Below the pieces are notes generated by a model that saw only the letters and a program-made list of their open reading frames with translations, did not search any database and was not told the DNA's origin. Shown here piece after piece: positions 37,247 to 51,479 of a stretch of DNA of 64,000 bases. Source of the DNA: Octopus bimaculoides (Eukaryota); contig NC_068985.1 of assembly GCF_001194135.2 (NCBI RefSeq), positions 57,579,386 through 57,643,385 on the forward strand, written 5' to 3'. The translations under genes were made by a program, and so were the position numbers. The first letter of the stretch is position 1. Every line of letters starts with the position of its first letter.

Positions 37247-38553
37247 TACACAGAGTTAAAGTTCGATATGTATTATATTATTCTTTTGCTTTGCCCAATT
37301 ACAGCTCAAATCCTATTCTGTCTTTTTTGTTTATGAGGAGCGTATTTCAAACTTAAACTTCCATTTAAACTTACAAGGAAGTTATCTCAAAAACACAAAA
37401 ATTAAAGATGCTGTTTTTCACAATGAAGCAGCTTTCTTTCCATGCACCTTACTTTCTGTAATACGGATACCTCTACGTCCTCATACGTCAGCCAAATCCT
37501 TAAATCCGTAAATCTAGGTAATTCTGGGGGTAATATTCGGATTTCCTTCTAATCTTAGCTGCCATTCTACATGTTTTTGGTGACAACAATTTCAGCATTG
37601 TTCATCACAAAATGACCGAAAAACATGTTTATAAAGAAGAGTTTTTTGCTTCACTCCCCTCGTGTGCCGATTCTACCCATAAGAAAGAAACAAATAATAC
37701 NNNNNNNNNNNNNNNNNNNNNNNNNNNNNNNNNNNNNNNNNNNNNNNNNNNNNNNNNNNNNNNNNNNNNNNNNNNNNNNNNNNNNNNNNNNNNNNNNNNN
37801 NNNNNNNNNNNNNNNNNNNNNNNNNNNNNNNNNNNNNNNNNNNNNNNNNNNNNNNNNNNNNNNNNNNNNNNNNNNNNNNNNNNNNNNNNNNNNNNNNNNN
37901 NNNNNNNNNNNNNNNNNNNNNNNNNNNNNNNNNNNNNNNNNNNNNNNNNNNNNNNNNNNNNNNNNNNNNNNNNNNNNNNNNNNNNNNNNNNNNNNNNNNN
38001 NNNNNNNNNNNNNNNNNNNNNNNNNNNNNNNNNNNNNNNNNNNNNNNNNNNNNNNNNNNNNNNNNNNNNNNNNAGAATGTTGCAAATAAACAAATAAAAC
38101 TGATTCCGTTAGATATAAAGAAAGTATATATATGCAAACATTTGAAAAGAATGAGAGCGAAGACAGAGCCTTTCCCGACAATTAATATTCAATTATAAAT
38201 ATATAGATGTCTATAAATTACTCAGAGTACAAGGGCACAGAAAGATAAAGAAGAGCAAGTATAGCGTTTCAAGCTGTCGTACATGCAACACCACACCTTC
38301 TCCCCTTTATTTTACTGTGTGTTTGTACCCAGTGTAAGATTGTTCTATCAATATATATTTTGTATATCAAATCCAAGGAATTTTATCTGTTTATTTGCGT
38401 CATTGTCTTCATATCTCTTCACTTTGATTCCTCTTATAGTTACTCATTACCCTGCAGAATTCGTCGTCGCTAAAGGTTTCGGAGTGTAAGTTCAAATCAT
38501 TTGAGCGCTATTGTTTTCTATATAGAGAATCGCAGGACCTCATCTACTGACTC

Positions 38554-38634
<81 letters not shown>

Positions 38635-38847
38635 TTCTCTCTATGTATATGTATGTATGCAAGTATGTATATATATNNNNNNNNNNNNNNNNNNNNNNNN
38701 NNNNNNNNNNNNNNNNNNNNNNNNNNNNNNNNNNNNNNNNNNNNNNNNNNNNNNNNNTATATATAGGTGTGTGTATTTATGTGTACACGTGTTTGTTTAT
38801 AAAGTGTCCATAGCATCTAGCATACTCTTTCCCTTTATTTCTCTGCC

Positions 38848-38905
<58 letters not shown>

Positions 38906-39590
38906 GCTTGCACGCACACACACAATGACTGACAAATATTCTCGCTTAATTAATTCTGATATCATATCTCCGATTTCACTTTCAGACATCCGTTAAATTG
39001 ATCTTCCAGTATTCCATATATAATACGTCCCATTCTTTGTAAGATTCATTTATAATCATAGCAATCCATTATCTGCAACATGATAAATTGTATCAGCGTA
39101 TATCTCTAAACTTTAACACATATTGTATATAATGTGAATAGCTATGCGAGGCAATTCTCCAGTCACTTAGATATTTTTACAGTCACTCTCATTTACCGGA
39201 AATTATTTTCGTCGATCACTTATGAATGATAATTTAGATTGCTATTTTATCACAAGCTCTGATCATTCTAGCTTTTACCATTGCTGTTTCTGTCATACCG
39301 CTATTTCGGCGCCACTAGTGAGATTAGTTTGTACTTACAACACCGCTTTAGATGTGTTATCCATGTTTAGAGGTGCATATAATTACATATTTGTCTTTCC
39401 AGTTCTGCGCTCGCACACACGCAAATACAGAGACGCACGCAGACGCACACAGACGCACATATATTTGTTATCTCTTTCGCTCTATTTATCCCTCTCCCCT
39501 CTCTCTATATATAACATATGGGGGATTGTAATATATGTAAATAAGTATGTGTGTGTGTGTGCGTTCGGATCTGTGTGTATGAATGTAAAG

Positions 39591-39683
<93 letters not shown>

Positions 39684-40549
39684 ATATATATGTTTACATA
39701 CACACATATTTATATATGCATTCAAATAATGATAAATTGTGTTTTATTTTCTTGTTGTTGACATTAATAAATTATATAGCACCTCTATTCGCGATCCTCC
39801 AGTTACGTTACAAATATTATCTTCGAAGGAATGAATTAAAACTTATAGCAAACCCGACGATATCAGATAAACTCGCAATACTTGAAATTTTGCCCTGCTA
39901 ACAAAGATATGAGTTATTAGTCAGGTGCAAATTTCTAGTTCAATATTTTCTTATATGCTTCACTTCTGCACCGTTTACAATTGTCATTGTAGTTGTCACA
40001 ATATCGATTTTTCACACATTAGAAATGGAGTGCTGTAGTTCTTTGTTGGAAGAGTCTATTAGTTGAACCATTCTTTGTTAGGTTATCTCGACTTAACACA
40101 CTGACTTATAATACTGTGGTTGAGAGAAAAGGTGGCTTGTAATATGGTGTAGTACATAAGTTTATGAATGTCTTCGTCTTTAAGTCTTATATAGATACAC
40201 CTGAGACGATAGAAAATTGCGTTTTATTCTATATAACTTTCAACCTCACTTCAGGTCATTATTTGTTATGGCAAAGCAAGAACATGAAAAAGTGACTTTT
40301 TTACAATGTATCTAGGATTTCGGTTATTCCATCATGGGAGACTGCAACTTAAAATTGTCAAAGCTTCATGGTTTAAGTATGTGGAATAGAAAGTTCAATT
40401 TCCTTATGTTAATAAGAACGAACCGATTTATATTTTGAAATTATAACTCATCCCTTTTATTAAATAAGCCTAGCCTCTATCATGGATTACATTATATTAC
40501 TTAAAAAACTATACAATGTGGTATTCAGTTTTTACCATGAATACTTCTG

Positions 40550-40745
40550 TCTACTACAGACAGAAAGTTTGAAATTCTAGGGGAGGGGGATAATCGATAA
40601 CATCACCCAGTACATGACTGGTACTTACTTTATTGAACCCAAAAGGATGAAAAGCAAAGTCAACCCTGGCGGAGTTTGAACTCAGAAGGTATAGGCGAAG
40701 CAGTTTGCCCGGTGTGCTAACGATTCTAACAGATCACCGCCTTAT
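40550..40745 (-). mobile_element. SINE family B
   Basis: AAAGGATGAAAAGCAAAGTCAACCCTGGCGGAGTTTGAACTCAGAA...GTGCTAACGATTCT. Confidence 0.85.
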
Positions 40746-41221
40746 TATTATGAATAATAAAACATAAAAGGTATGGAGATGGTATGGTACCAAGTGGTTT
40801 TTAGAATTCAATGGGTGACAAACTTATTTTGCTTACGTTTCCAGTACCTTGGGAAATATCAACACGTCATCTGCATTATCGGAGGAAGAGGCAGGAATTG
40901 TTGCCGAAGCAAGAAATCAGTTTTAAATAGTTTAAATATATTCAGCTTTCTAGTGTCTGTGCTAATCTATATATGTGAATAAGGATATTTAGAAAATGAA
41001 GAATTAAGAATTTCATGCTTTTCTGTTGTAAGTAAAAAAGGGAAAACGGAAGAAGTAGTAATGCTGGCGTTACATAATTTAAGTAAAGGTAATGTCTATT
41101 ATCTAACACACGAACAAGCATTAATAGGATACTTTAAGAAATACGCTATCTCTGATTATCCAGTTCTCTGGAATGGCAGTGTCCACTTAAATTAATCCAG
41201 AATCTTTCTACCTGATTATAT

Positions 41222-42027
41222 GTCTTTTAAAGAGGTTAGCAGCACACAAAACGTTCCATTAATGGTACCTCAAAACCATCATTAAGTACGTTTAGCTATT
41301 ATCCGTATGTTCTTGATGAAGAGTAAGATGTTTTCCATTAATTAAAGACAATTCAATGTACCCTTTACTAAATGTGTGGTCAGCTGTTTCACTGCTAGCC
41401 ATTCCAACAATTCAACAAAGAATAATCATTATAAAGATGACGCCTAAGGTAATTTACTGCAATTAATCATCAACTTTCACTGCTGTGAATTTCACAAATT
41501 GTGTATGCGTATGTAAGTGTGTATGTCTCTGTCTATATTAGATATCTGAAAGGAAAGGTGAGAATATATGACATATATTCTCATACGAGGAAAATGTTGA
41601 AAGAGTTTGAAAATCTTGTTAGTTTTCGATGTTGATCTCAAAAGATATTAACATGGAAGAAATAGGAACTTTCACGGATATATTTATACATAATAATATA
41701 TCATATACTGTATAGGAGATGTGTGTGTGTGTGTGTGTATGTATGTGTGTGGAGAGAGGCGTGGCGTCGTGCTGTTACTCTCACGATCATAGGATTGCTG
41801 TTTCGATTCCTGGACAGGGTCATGCGTTGTGCTCATGAGCAAAACATATCATTTCATGTTGTTCCAGTCCTCTCAGCTGTTGAAAATGAGTATTCATGCG
41901 ATGGACCATTGGGGTGGTGGGGAAGTATACGCCACAAAATCGGGAAACCAAACCGTATGAGCCAAGGGAACGGGAAGAACATATATACAGCTATACATGC
42001 GTATATAAATATACGCATGTATAGATG

Positions 42028-42076
<49 letters not shown>

Positions 42077-44345
42077 GTGTGTGTCTGCCTGTGTGTATGT
42101 ATATATATATATGTGTGTGCATGTATATATATATATAAATATCAGTTCAGTGTAATAATATCTTAAGTAATGAACTCTTGATGTAATTATAGCGATGAGG
42201 ATGCATAACTAGATACAGAGCAATGTGCCGTTGTTGCAGTTGAAACATATGTTGGTCATTGTTACATATACTTCAGAAAACCTTTTAATAAAATCTCTTC
42301 CAGCCTCTTGTTATGATAGGCTACCTTCCTTAACAGGTTTATTGTTTGATTAGTGAAACTCCCTGAGCACCACTGGTTCTCCCTTTCACACTGACATTAA
42401 ATTTATTTTCTCTCCATCATCAATCTGTTTCATGTAGTCTACATCTGGTCATTCACCCTATCTAACAGTAATTCACCTCCCTCTTCTTGCCTTTCATTTC
42501 TTTACTCGTGTTCATCCTCCCTACATTGCATATATTCTCCTTCACCTCCCTAACTTTTGTACTTAGTTTTCCTCCTGTCTCACTGCAACATTTAAATACC
42601 TGTTTAATATGATATGATTTGAAAATTTCTCTTGATGAAGGAAGTCATTTTACCTCTTTTAAAAGAGGTTAGTAGTTCACAAAACGTTGCATTAATGGCA
42701 CACAATATGTGTCGTTAAATACACTTAGCTATTATAAATATGTTCTTGATGAAGATTAAGATATTTTCCATTAATTAAAGAAAATTCAAGCTGTTCTTTA
42801 CTAAATATCTGTGGTCAGCTGTTTCACTGCTAGCCATTCCAACAATGCAACAAAGAATAATCATTATAAAGATGACGCCTAAGGCAATTTACTGCAATTA
42901 ATTATTAACTTTCAGTGCTCTGAAGTTAACACAGTGTGCATATGTGTGTGAGTGTGTAAGTGTTTGTGTTTGTGTATGTCTCTGTCTATATTAGATATCT
43001 GAAAGGAAAGGTGAGAATATATGACATATATTCTAATACGAGGAAAAGGTTGAACGAGTTTGAAAATCTTGTTAGTTTTGGATGTTGATCTGAAAAGATA
43101 TTAACATGGAAGAAATTAGAACTTTCACGGATAGATTTATACAAAATATATCCTATACTGTATACGAGATATGCGTGTGTCTGTGGAGACGCGTGGCGTA
43201 GTGGCGTAGTGGCGTTGCACTCACGATCATAGGATTACTGTTTCGATTTCTGGACAAGGTCATGTGTTGTGTTCATGAGCAAAACATATCATTTCATGTT
43301 TTTACTTCGAATAATGCATAAAAAAGATACCTATAAATATGAATATATGGAAATATATATTTTATTATGCACTTATGCATGCATATGTCTGCATATTTGC
43401 ATGTATGCATGTATGCATGTATGTATGTATGTATGTATGTATCTATCTATCTATCTATCCATCCATCTATCTATCTCTCTATATATAAGATGGAGGTGGA
43501 AATAGCACAGAAGTAAGTCTAAGTCATTTCAGTTTAAGAGGGACTTTATAAATATGATTTAAAAATTTCATCTCGTCAAATATCAGTAAAAATTAAAAAA
43601 GATTTGAAGTAAAAGCAGTTTAACTTCTGACTGGGGTTCAAGAACATGTTTGAGACATATTCTCTACCCTATATTGTCGAAACGGGTAATATTTTCTTTA
43701 TATAATTTTTAAAATCATTTTTACTTAATTCCTTCATACTTCATCTTTTATATAAAAAATATGACTTGTATAGATCCCTTATCTTTTTTCAACTATATAT
43801 ATATATATACATACATACATACATACATATTAGTTCACTTTGAAAACGTCAAAAATAATGGAGTCTTTATGTAATTTCAGCCACGAGGAGCCATAATCGC
43901 ATACAGAGCAATGTGCAGCTGTTGCAGTTGAAACATATGATGGTCATTGTTATATATGCTGCAGAAATTGTTTTAATAAAATCTCTTCCAGCCTCCCGGT
44001 ATGATAGGCTACCATCTTTAACGGGTTTATTGTTTGCTTAGTGAAACTCCCTGAGCACTACTGGGTCTCCCTTTCATACTGACCTTAAATTTATCTTCTC
44101 TCCGTCATCAATCTGTTTCATCTATTCTACATCTGGTCATTCACCCTACCTCACAGTAAATCACCTCCCTTTTCTTGCCTTTCATTTCTTTACTCTACCA
44201 TCTTTAACGGGTTTATTGTTTGCTTAGTGAAACTCTTTGAGCACTAGTGGGTCCCTCTTTCACACTGACCTTAAATTTATCTTCTCCCCATCATCAATCT
44301 GTTTCATTTATTCTACATCTGGTTATTCACGCTACCTCACAGTAG
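41222..44345. repeat. Tandem segmental duplication X1-Y1-X2-Y2-Y3
   Basis: X1 ~41222-41862 vs X2 ~42655-43299 (each includes a family C SINE head); Y1 ~42190-42510 vs Y2 ~43880-44195; partial Y3 ~44196-44345. Confidence 0.9.
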
Positions 44346-44499
44346 CACATACACTCACGTGGTCATGCACAAAGAGTGATGTACAAGGGGTGAGAGTATA
44401 CTGGTAGACAGGCATGGAAAAGCTTTGTGGATTGGTGATTTGCTGTGCAGTTCATTAGGTTTAATTTTTGACGGTGACCTTGGTGCAGTCGGTGCTAGG

Positions 44500-45170
44500 T
44501 GTGAATGGTAATAACGAGGTATATTCGGCGACCAGTGACTTGAAATTTACCAGAAAGTTGTATCTTTGTCAACAGCAATACGATATCTCATGTTTTTTTG
44601 TCGATAGATACTGCGGATTGGTAGATAGTATGAAGTTTTCCTAATTGGCACAGCTGGCAATTAGAAGCGCCGGGTGAATATGAAAGTGCCCTATCAGTAA
44701 TAGTGCACTTCGAGGTCACAAAGTCTCCAGTGAAAGCACGACAGGGTAGTGGAGTTGTTTCTGTCTATGAATTTGAATGAACGAAAGTGCTAGGAGTATC
44801 TTCCCTTGAAGACATTGGCCGTCATACCCGTATAGCGCCTAGTAATGCCATCGGATAGTGGATTTGCATCCTGCAGCCCGTGCCAGGAATGATTCACCTA
44901 GAGGGCAGGTGGTAAGGTTTCAGCAATTGCAAGTTGTGGCTCAGGCTGGGAGTTGTATCGGTGCGCTTTTGCGTCTGTTGATGCATGCCATGTTAAATGC
45001 AATGATTTCTAAGCAGGAGTAGCCTACCTTGACATTATGGGGGTTAAAGAGTTTGTATTGTTTATGGCCTCTGGGGAAATATTTCTTTAATAGAAGCAGG
45101 AAGCATTTGGCTACGTTGGTAGAAACTTCTAGGTTATAAAGAGGGGTTATACCAGATTATTTTACTTTTC
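44500..45170 (-). pseudogene. Penelope-like element C-terminal region with GIY-YIG endonuclease
   Basis: KIIWYNP/YNLEVSTNVAKCFLLLLKKYFPRGHKQYKLFNPHNVKVGYSC, CNC..TCPL, GMTANVFKGRY..HFRSF..RNNSTTLS, CQLCQLGKLH; motifs recall Nematis-like PLEs (clade not verified). Confidence 0.85.
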
Positions 45171-45179
45171 CTAATTCTC

Positions 45180-45330
45180 TTTTTGTTCGACCCAGGCCTT
45201 ATTCTGTGTAAGCCTAGTACTTATGTTATGGGACTGTTTTGCCGAAATACTAAGTTACAGAGACGTAAGCACAACAACATTGGTTCTCAAGCGATGGTGG
45301 GGGAATAAACACAGACACACAAATACACAC
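45180..45330 (-). mobile_element. SINE family A 3' half
   Basis: TCGACCCAGGCCTTATTCTGTGTAAGCCTAGTACTTAT...GCCGAAATACTAAGTTAC...CAAGCGATGGTGGGG. Confidence 0.8.
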
Positions 45331-45384
45331 ACACACACACGCACAAAGATATATACATATATAAATATATGCATATACATATAC

Positions 45385-45444
<60 letters not shown>

Positions 45445-46944
45445 GGGAGTACGTATAAAGAGATAGAGAAAGTGTGAGTGACAGAAAGAAGGCAGGTGAG
45501 AGAGAGAGACCGAGAGAGCGAAATTAAGAAGGAGAAGTGAGTGAAGAAAGCAAAAAAAAAAAAGGCGGAAAATCGAATGTACAAGTAGAAAACCTGCATT
45601 GTGTACATTATTTGTTGAACGAGAAGGGATTTGAGAGAAAGCAATTGACGGAAAGCTATCCGGAGAATATATAAATGGAAATAATAAATTAGACATTCTA
45701 AATGCAAAGAAACATTTTCAAAGGTTTAGATGAAGTGAAGTTTTTCATTTATTTATTAGCAGAATTTACGCCTAACTTCACATTGAATTGAATTATAATT
45801 AGTGTAGGCAGTTATGAAGGTGATTTATCGCACTAATTTTAAACTCTTTCCAGCATGAATTGCACCAGATGTATCTGAACAAATTGGATATTAGCATTAG
45901 ATTGGAAAACGATAAAATGCACATAATCTTCGTTGTACTTTTACGTTGAAGATAGTTTTTCCCTATTTTGTGGAGCAAGTATTATCAATTATGTTTCGCC
46001 CTAAACCAAACAGTAAGTTAACTTAATTAATACGAGATGTTCTTATTTGACATATTGTACTACCATATTTCGTTACAAATTTACACACACGCATATATAT
46101 GTGTATGCAAGTGTGTGTATGCGTGTGGATATGCATACACATACAAGCATACATTCGTAAATATTCGTATATATATATATATATATATATACATATATAT
46201 ATANNNNNNNNNNNNNNNNNNNNNNNNNNNNNNNNNNNNNNNNNNNNNNNNNNNNNNNNNNNNNNNNNNNNNNNNNNNNNNNNNNNNNNNNNNNNNNNNN
46301 NNNNNNNNNNNNNNNNNNNNNNNNNNNNNNNNNNNNNNNNNNNNNNNNNNNNNNNNNNNNNNNNNNNNNNNNNNNNNNNNNNNNNNNNNNNNNNNNNNNN
46401 NNNNNNNNNNNNNNNNNNNNNTATATATAAATAAATCGATAGACAAACAGACAGGCACACACAAATATATATGTTTACGTTTATGTATACGTTTTGCAAT
46501 CTATAGATAGATAGATAGATACTGAGCTAGAAAAGCAACGTCGCACTGTACAATATTATCTGTTTCACAAACGATATTGGGATTACATGGATTTTATCAC
46601 AATTTTAGGTAATTTGCTGTCAGGAATATGTTACTGATACATGACACCACTCTCTTCTGAAAAAAACACATGTAGGGTTCGAACTCGTTCACTTTGTGTG
46701 AACATGGTAATGCTTGCGAACGTATTTTTAACAAAAGCATGATGCACGTGCAAAACGACTCATAATTCGTCTTCCTCACGCTTTTCTGCACAGTATTGAC
46801 ATATATGAGTGTTATTTTATTGAATCGTTTATTGTTAAAATTGTTTCGTGTCTTTTAAACCCGTTTGTACACTTGTTTTACTGCCTCACGGCAGTCTGTT
46901 ATCGATTTACCCCTTCGAAAAGGTGGGTAGCACAAGTATTAACG

Positions 46945-47705
46945 ATGGAGTATGAAAGCTTCACCTCCTCGGAACTTACAAATTCTGAGATGGAACTATT
47001 GAAGTCTGTCGAAGTAATGGAGGAGCAGGTGAAGAAAAGAAATTTTGCGGCTTTCGACAAGAAACGAAGTCGAACTAACAGGGGTGCGAAGTAAAGATGC
47101 TCCATCCCCAAAGAATTTTGGAAGCTACCAAGGAGAAAACTATAATATATAGAACGTACTTCACGAAAACAAAGAAAATCGAAATAATGACGACCACGCA
47201 AGTAGAAAAAGCCTTGAAACCAATCTGGCAAGGAACGTCGTATCTTGCCCGAGGAAGGAAGTTCGGAACAGCGGAGGTGCGCTTCGGAGAGGTAGCTACT
47301 GCCAAGTTATACTTGGCAACCCCTGTAAAGATAGAAGAAATGTTACTTCTATCCATATACCTTGGGAGACATGCTTCCAGGGCTAGGGTAGAAGATATAC
47401 CACTAGAGATTGACGTAGCCTAGCTAGCAGCTGCCATAGTGCTGTGCAATGAACATAAGATAGTGGTCCTCCAATCCACAGCTCATAAGAATTGGTAAAG
47501 GCAGAACATGGATATAATTATCCAGGCGGTCCCGAAGGACATTGAAAATATAATAGAAACTATCGCTATAGAAGATGTGATAATCAGGATCAGATTGGAG
47601 CGCACGAATTCTCGTTGCTACAAGTTTGGCCTTAAAGGCCACATCAGAGCAGACTGTCCTCCGCTGTCCAAAAATGGCTGCAGGAATGCTGGAGCACCTC
47701 CGTGA
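46945..47705 (+). pseudogene. Non-LTR retrotransposon ORF1 (gag-like, zinc knuckle) remnant
   Basis: Three consecutive ORF pieces ending in RCYKFGLKGHIRADCPP, a CCHC knuckle with the second C mutated; broken by stops and frameshifts. Confidence 0.65.
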
Positions 47706-47789
47706 TTCTTACTTTAAGCATATCTTTTTTTCTGCGACTGATTTCTTCAGGTTGGTGGGATTTCTTATCACCAATCTTGCATGAGTTTC

Positions 47790-48400
47790 CTACCTTGGTT
47801 AAAGCACATTTAGTGTGTGACGATGTTTGACACTGCTGCTCTCATCGTACTTTATGCTGGGCCGTTCGTTCTTCAGGTAACATGGACTGGAGAATCTCCA
47901 GTTACCTTTTGAAGACATTCACATCTACATTCTGTAGGTTTCTTAATTGTTTTTGAAGGATATTGAAGAGTTCTGGGATTTTAATCTGTAAGCTATTGCA
48001 TTATCTGGTCCTGACTTTAGACTGGGTGGACGATACATTTGATACAATTCAAAGGCGTCGAGTTCGGGCAATTGTATAAATTAAGTACTAGACCTTCGAG
48101 AATTTTCCATATATAAATTATTACGCATTTGTTGCGTCTTCGACCCCAAGGAATAGAGTTGTAGATTTTAATCAGTTCCTTGCAGATCATCTGTTGCCTT
48201 GTTACAGTCGTTTTAGTGTCGTGATGTCGGGTGTTTTCATCCCCACTGTTAGTCTGGTATTAAGCGGTGGTCATAGCTCAAAGCAGTGCTCCAAACGGCT
48301 GAGAACGAAAGTCCTTCACAGGGTCAACATGGCCTTTTGGTCTCTTGTCGTGAAGGACGTTTGTACCCATCCTGCCAGTTGTTTGCAAATAGATTTTCTA
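47790..48400 (-). pseudogene. CR1-group LINE ORF2 C-terminal remnant
   Basis: ICKQLAGWVQTSFTTRDQKAMLTL*RTFVLSRLEHC; IIYIWKILEGLV; ELFNILQKQLRNLQNVDVNVFKR. Confidence 0.8.
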
Positions 48401-51081
48401 AAGGAAGCCGGTACCATTTAATTCACGTTTCCTTCATAGGATTGTCGTTTTTTTGTGTTTTTGCCAGGTGAGATAAGAGAAGTTGCTTCAATAAGGCAGT
48501 GAAAAACTGCTTCGCTGCCTCTAATTACACAGTGATTCACTTATATTTCAATTGTCAGTAAGATAAGCCTGTAAAACAAACGTTCCGGCTTCACTAATTA
48601 ACTAAATCAGCAAGCGTTGCAGTCATGATTGCAAGATCGTGATTTCTTCCCCTGTACCGGTCTGTGTCTTGTATTGTATTCCAGACCGAAATCTTCTTTT
48701 CACGTTGCCCCATTTGATTCCGCTGTTAATGAGTAATCACGCAACGGACTAGCTTGCCGTTCAGGGCGAATGTTGTTACCTCGCTTAGTTATACGCCATG
48801 AAATCAAGTATACTGATTTATGTGTTCTAGATCCAGGGTTTGATTTTTTTTTTTTACAAATCAGCGATGTTCATAGGAGAGAAATAAACATAAAAATGAC
48901 AAATATTTCTCAGATCTAGGCAGCATGAAAGCATGAAAGCATTTACCTTAGAATGTGTAGGCTTTTAGTATGCTTTCTCATCTCTATCACATTATTGTAT
49001 TATAGAATATTGATTTCCACGTTGCATTTCTGTAATCTCTGAGAGATGAAAGCTGATGTGGATTCCGTGAAATGTCGAAGTTACAAACATGTGGACGGTA
49101 CTTAAATGCCGTAATATGGAGAATCACGCGTTTTACCAAATGCGCTGCTTTCACCTTTAAGAAATAACATTAAATTAGTAAGCATAATCTATTCCTCATG
49201 CAACTGTTTGAAACAGCTTTATATATAATTGCAACTGCTGTCGCAGAAGGTCGATATACTGTTGTTAATCTAAATTTATAAAATTTTATTAATAATTTCA
49301 GAAGGAAACATAACTTAGCTCCACAATCTACAGAATAACAGAATTGTTGCAAGTTGAAATTTAGTCAAATTGCTTCTGCAGACAGTAAGGTGTAAAGTGA
49401 AACATTTTGTGTAAAATCAGAAATCAGGGCTTATTCTCTGAAAAACGAAACGTGTTAAATAGTGTAATGATTGGTATATCGAGTGTGAAATATCACACGA
49501 ATCCGGTTCTGATGGTTTGTGCAGATAACGATGTGAAATAGAAGGATATACTACAACTGGTGTTACGTATCGAGTTATATGATAAGTGTGTGTCCTGATC
49601 TGAAGATGGTGTGTGCCTCATATGTAAGAGGTTAAGTGACACCGAGGAATTTAAATGTCCTTTAATGTTAGTATTCAATATAGATGGAAAAAGAAGGAAA
49701 ATCATACACAAAATGAACAGTATTCATATATATAATTATATATACATAGATACTTACACACACAAACGTAGGATTTTTGTGTGTCTGAATATATATANNN
49801 NNNNNNNNNNNNNNNNNNNNNNNNNNNNNNNNNNNNNNNNNNNNTATATATATATATATATATATATATCTTTCCATCTATTTATATGTGTGTGTGCGCA
49901 TCTGTGTGCATGTATGAGTGTGTGTGAGTGTGTGTGTGTGCATTTGTGTGTGTGTGTGTGTGTGTGTATGTGTGTGTGTGTGTAATGGATATATCATTCA
50001 TATGTTTTCTCGGAAATAAAGGGACAAGTATGTTTAGAACGTGATACATTAACAACTGTAGAATTACGATATACATGTTGATGAGGCACAGCATTGAAAG
50101 GTATTAATGGAACAAATCGATTCCAGGAGTTTGAAGCCTGGTACTCATACTAACAGTCAAAACCTACGACAGATTTCAAGTGTTAGGGTGTATGACAAAG
50201 ACAGGCACAAACATGCCCATTTATACACTGGCGCACACACACGCATAGACACATAGACAAGCTCATATATTTACTACGAGCTTCCACACTGTTTTCATCT
50301 AACAAATGTATTCACAAAGCATTGGTCTTTCAGGGCCTAAAAAAGACATTTGCTGAAAGACGAAACCCCACAAGTGGTACATTCGACATGATTCTTAGTG
50401 TCGATCGGTGTGGAGATATTGCGCACACCTCTAATGCTATAAATATATTTGTGTGAAATAAAAACGTAGACATTTTACGTAGTTTAAAAAGCGAAAGTTT
50501 ATAGTTCTGTGTGTGTGCATTGAATATGTATTCCTTTATGCGAATCTGCCTTTTTGCATCTGTGCGTGTGTGTGTGTGACTATCAAATATCAGCAGCAGT
50601 TATAGAGCACCATGCCAAGCATAATGTCATTTTAATTTTAGATCATTGTAAATGAAAGATGTAACAAGTCACAAATAACCTACACACACATACACGCACG
50701 TACACACACACATACACGTTCACTCACACACCCAAACACAAACAAACACACCCATACAAAAACAGAGTGTGCGGTTGATATCTCAATAGTTGTGGCTACG
50801 TGACGTTTTCTCATATTACTTCAGTAAATCAATATTTTAATTAGATCCATATTACAAAGCAACAACAGATGGCTATTATTAGAATTTCAGAAATGGCTGG
50901 AAAATCATGCAGACGTCTGCTTTGATCAATGATAAAAGAACTCTTCATTTGCAACTGATAGGATTCTTTAAAATCTATTTTATAACACTGTTCACTGATC
51001 TGTATCCGAAGAATAATTGTCTATCTTAGAGATTAAAGCTTGATTTTCTTATTTTTCTTCTTTTTTTTTACGTTCCTGCAG

Positions 51082-51095
51082 ACAGAAACCGGTGC
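51082..51095 (+). other. Candidate 14-nt microexon
   Basis: ~35-nt polypyrimidine tract, CCTGCAG acceptor, ACAGAAACCGGTGC, consensus GTGAGT donor. Confidence 0.3.
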
Positions 51096-51479
51096 GTGAG
51101 TATGATGTATTTATCAATGAAAATTTTTGGTTCTCTTTAGTAATATATCTAATGAGAAAGTGTTTTCATTCGACAATAGTTACTTGCTCTATTGTTGTGA
51201 TTTAACAATGCATACTCTGCCCTGTTTTCTCATTAAAATAGACACAATCTAAAAGTTACTGAAGAAAAAAATTACAACTTTTAATATTTCAAATAAAGTT
51301 CAGATATAATACCACCATTTACTAAATTTAGGATTAGTATCAGCAGAAAATGCAATTACTTGTGGTCCACATATATCTTGGGTTTTAAAGAAATTGCTAA
51401 GCCTCTAGAGATTAACTAGTAATAAGTTGAATGAAAAACCATGTATACGTCGAGATATTCTTAATTTGAATAAGCCAAC

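Noticed and set aside
40845-40930. Possible terminal exon TLGNINTSSALSEEEAGIVAEARNQF*; similar candidates at ~60640 and ~61640
   Set aside because: Acceptor plus short frame only, alternative frames are equally open, and no homology recognised
48440-48473. Recursive splice site-like CCAG|GTGAGA after a pyrimidine tract
   Set aside because: Single motif next to a LINE remnant, no host intron established
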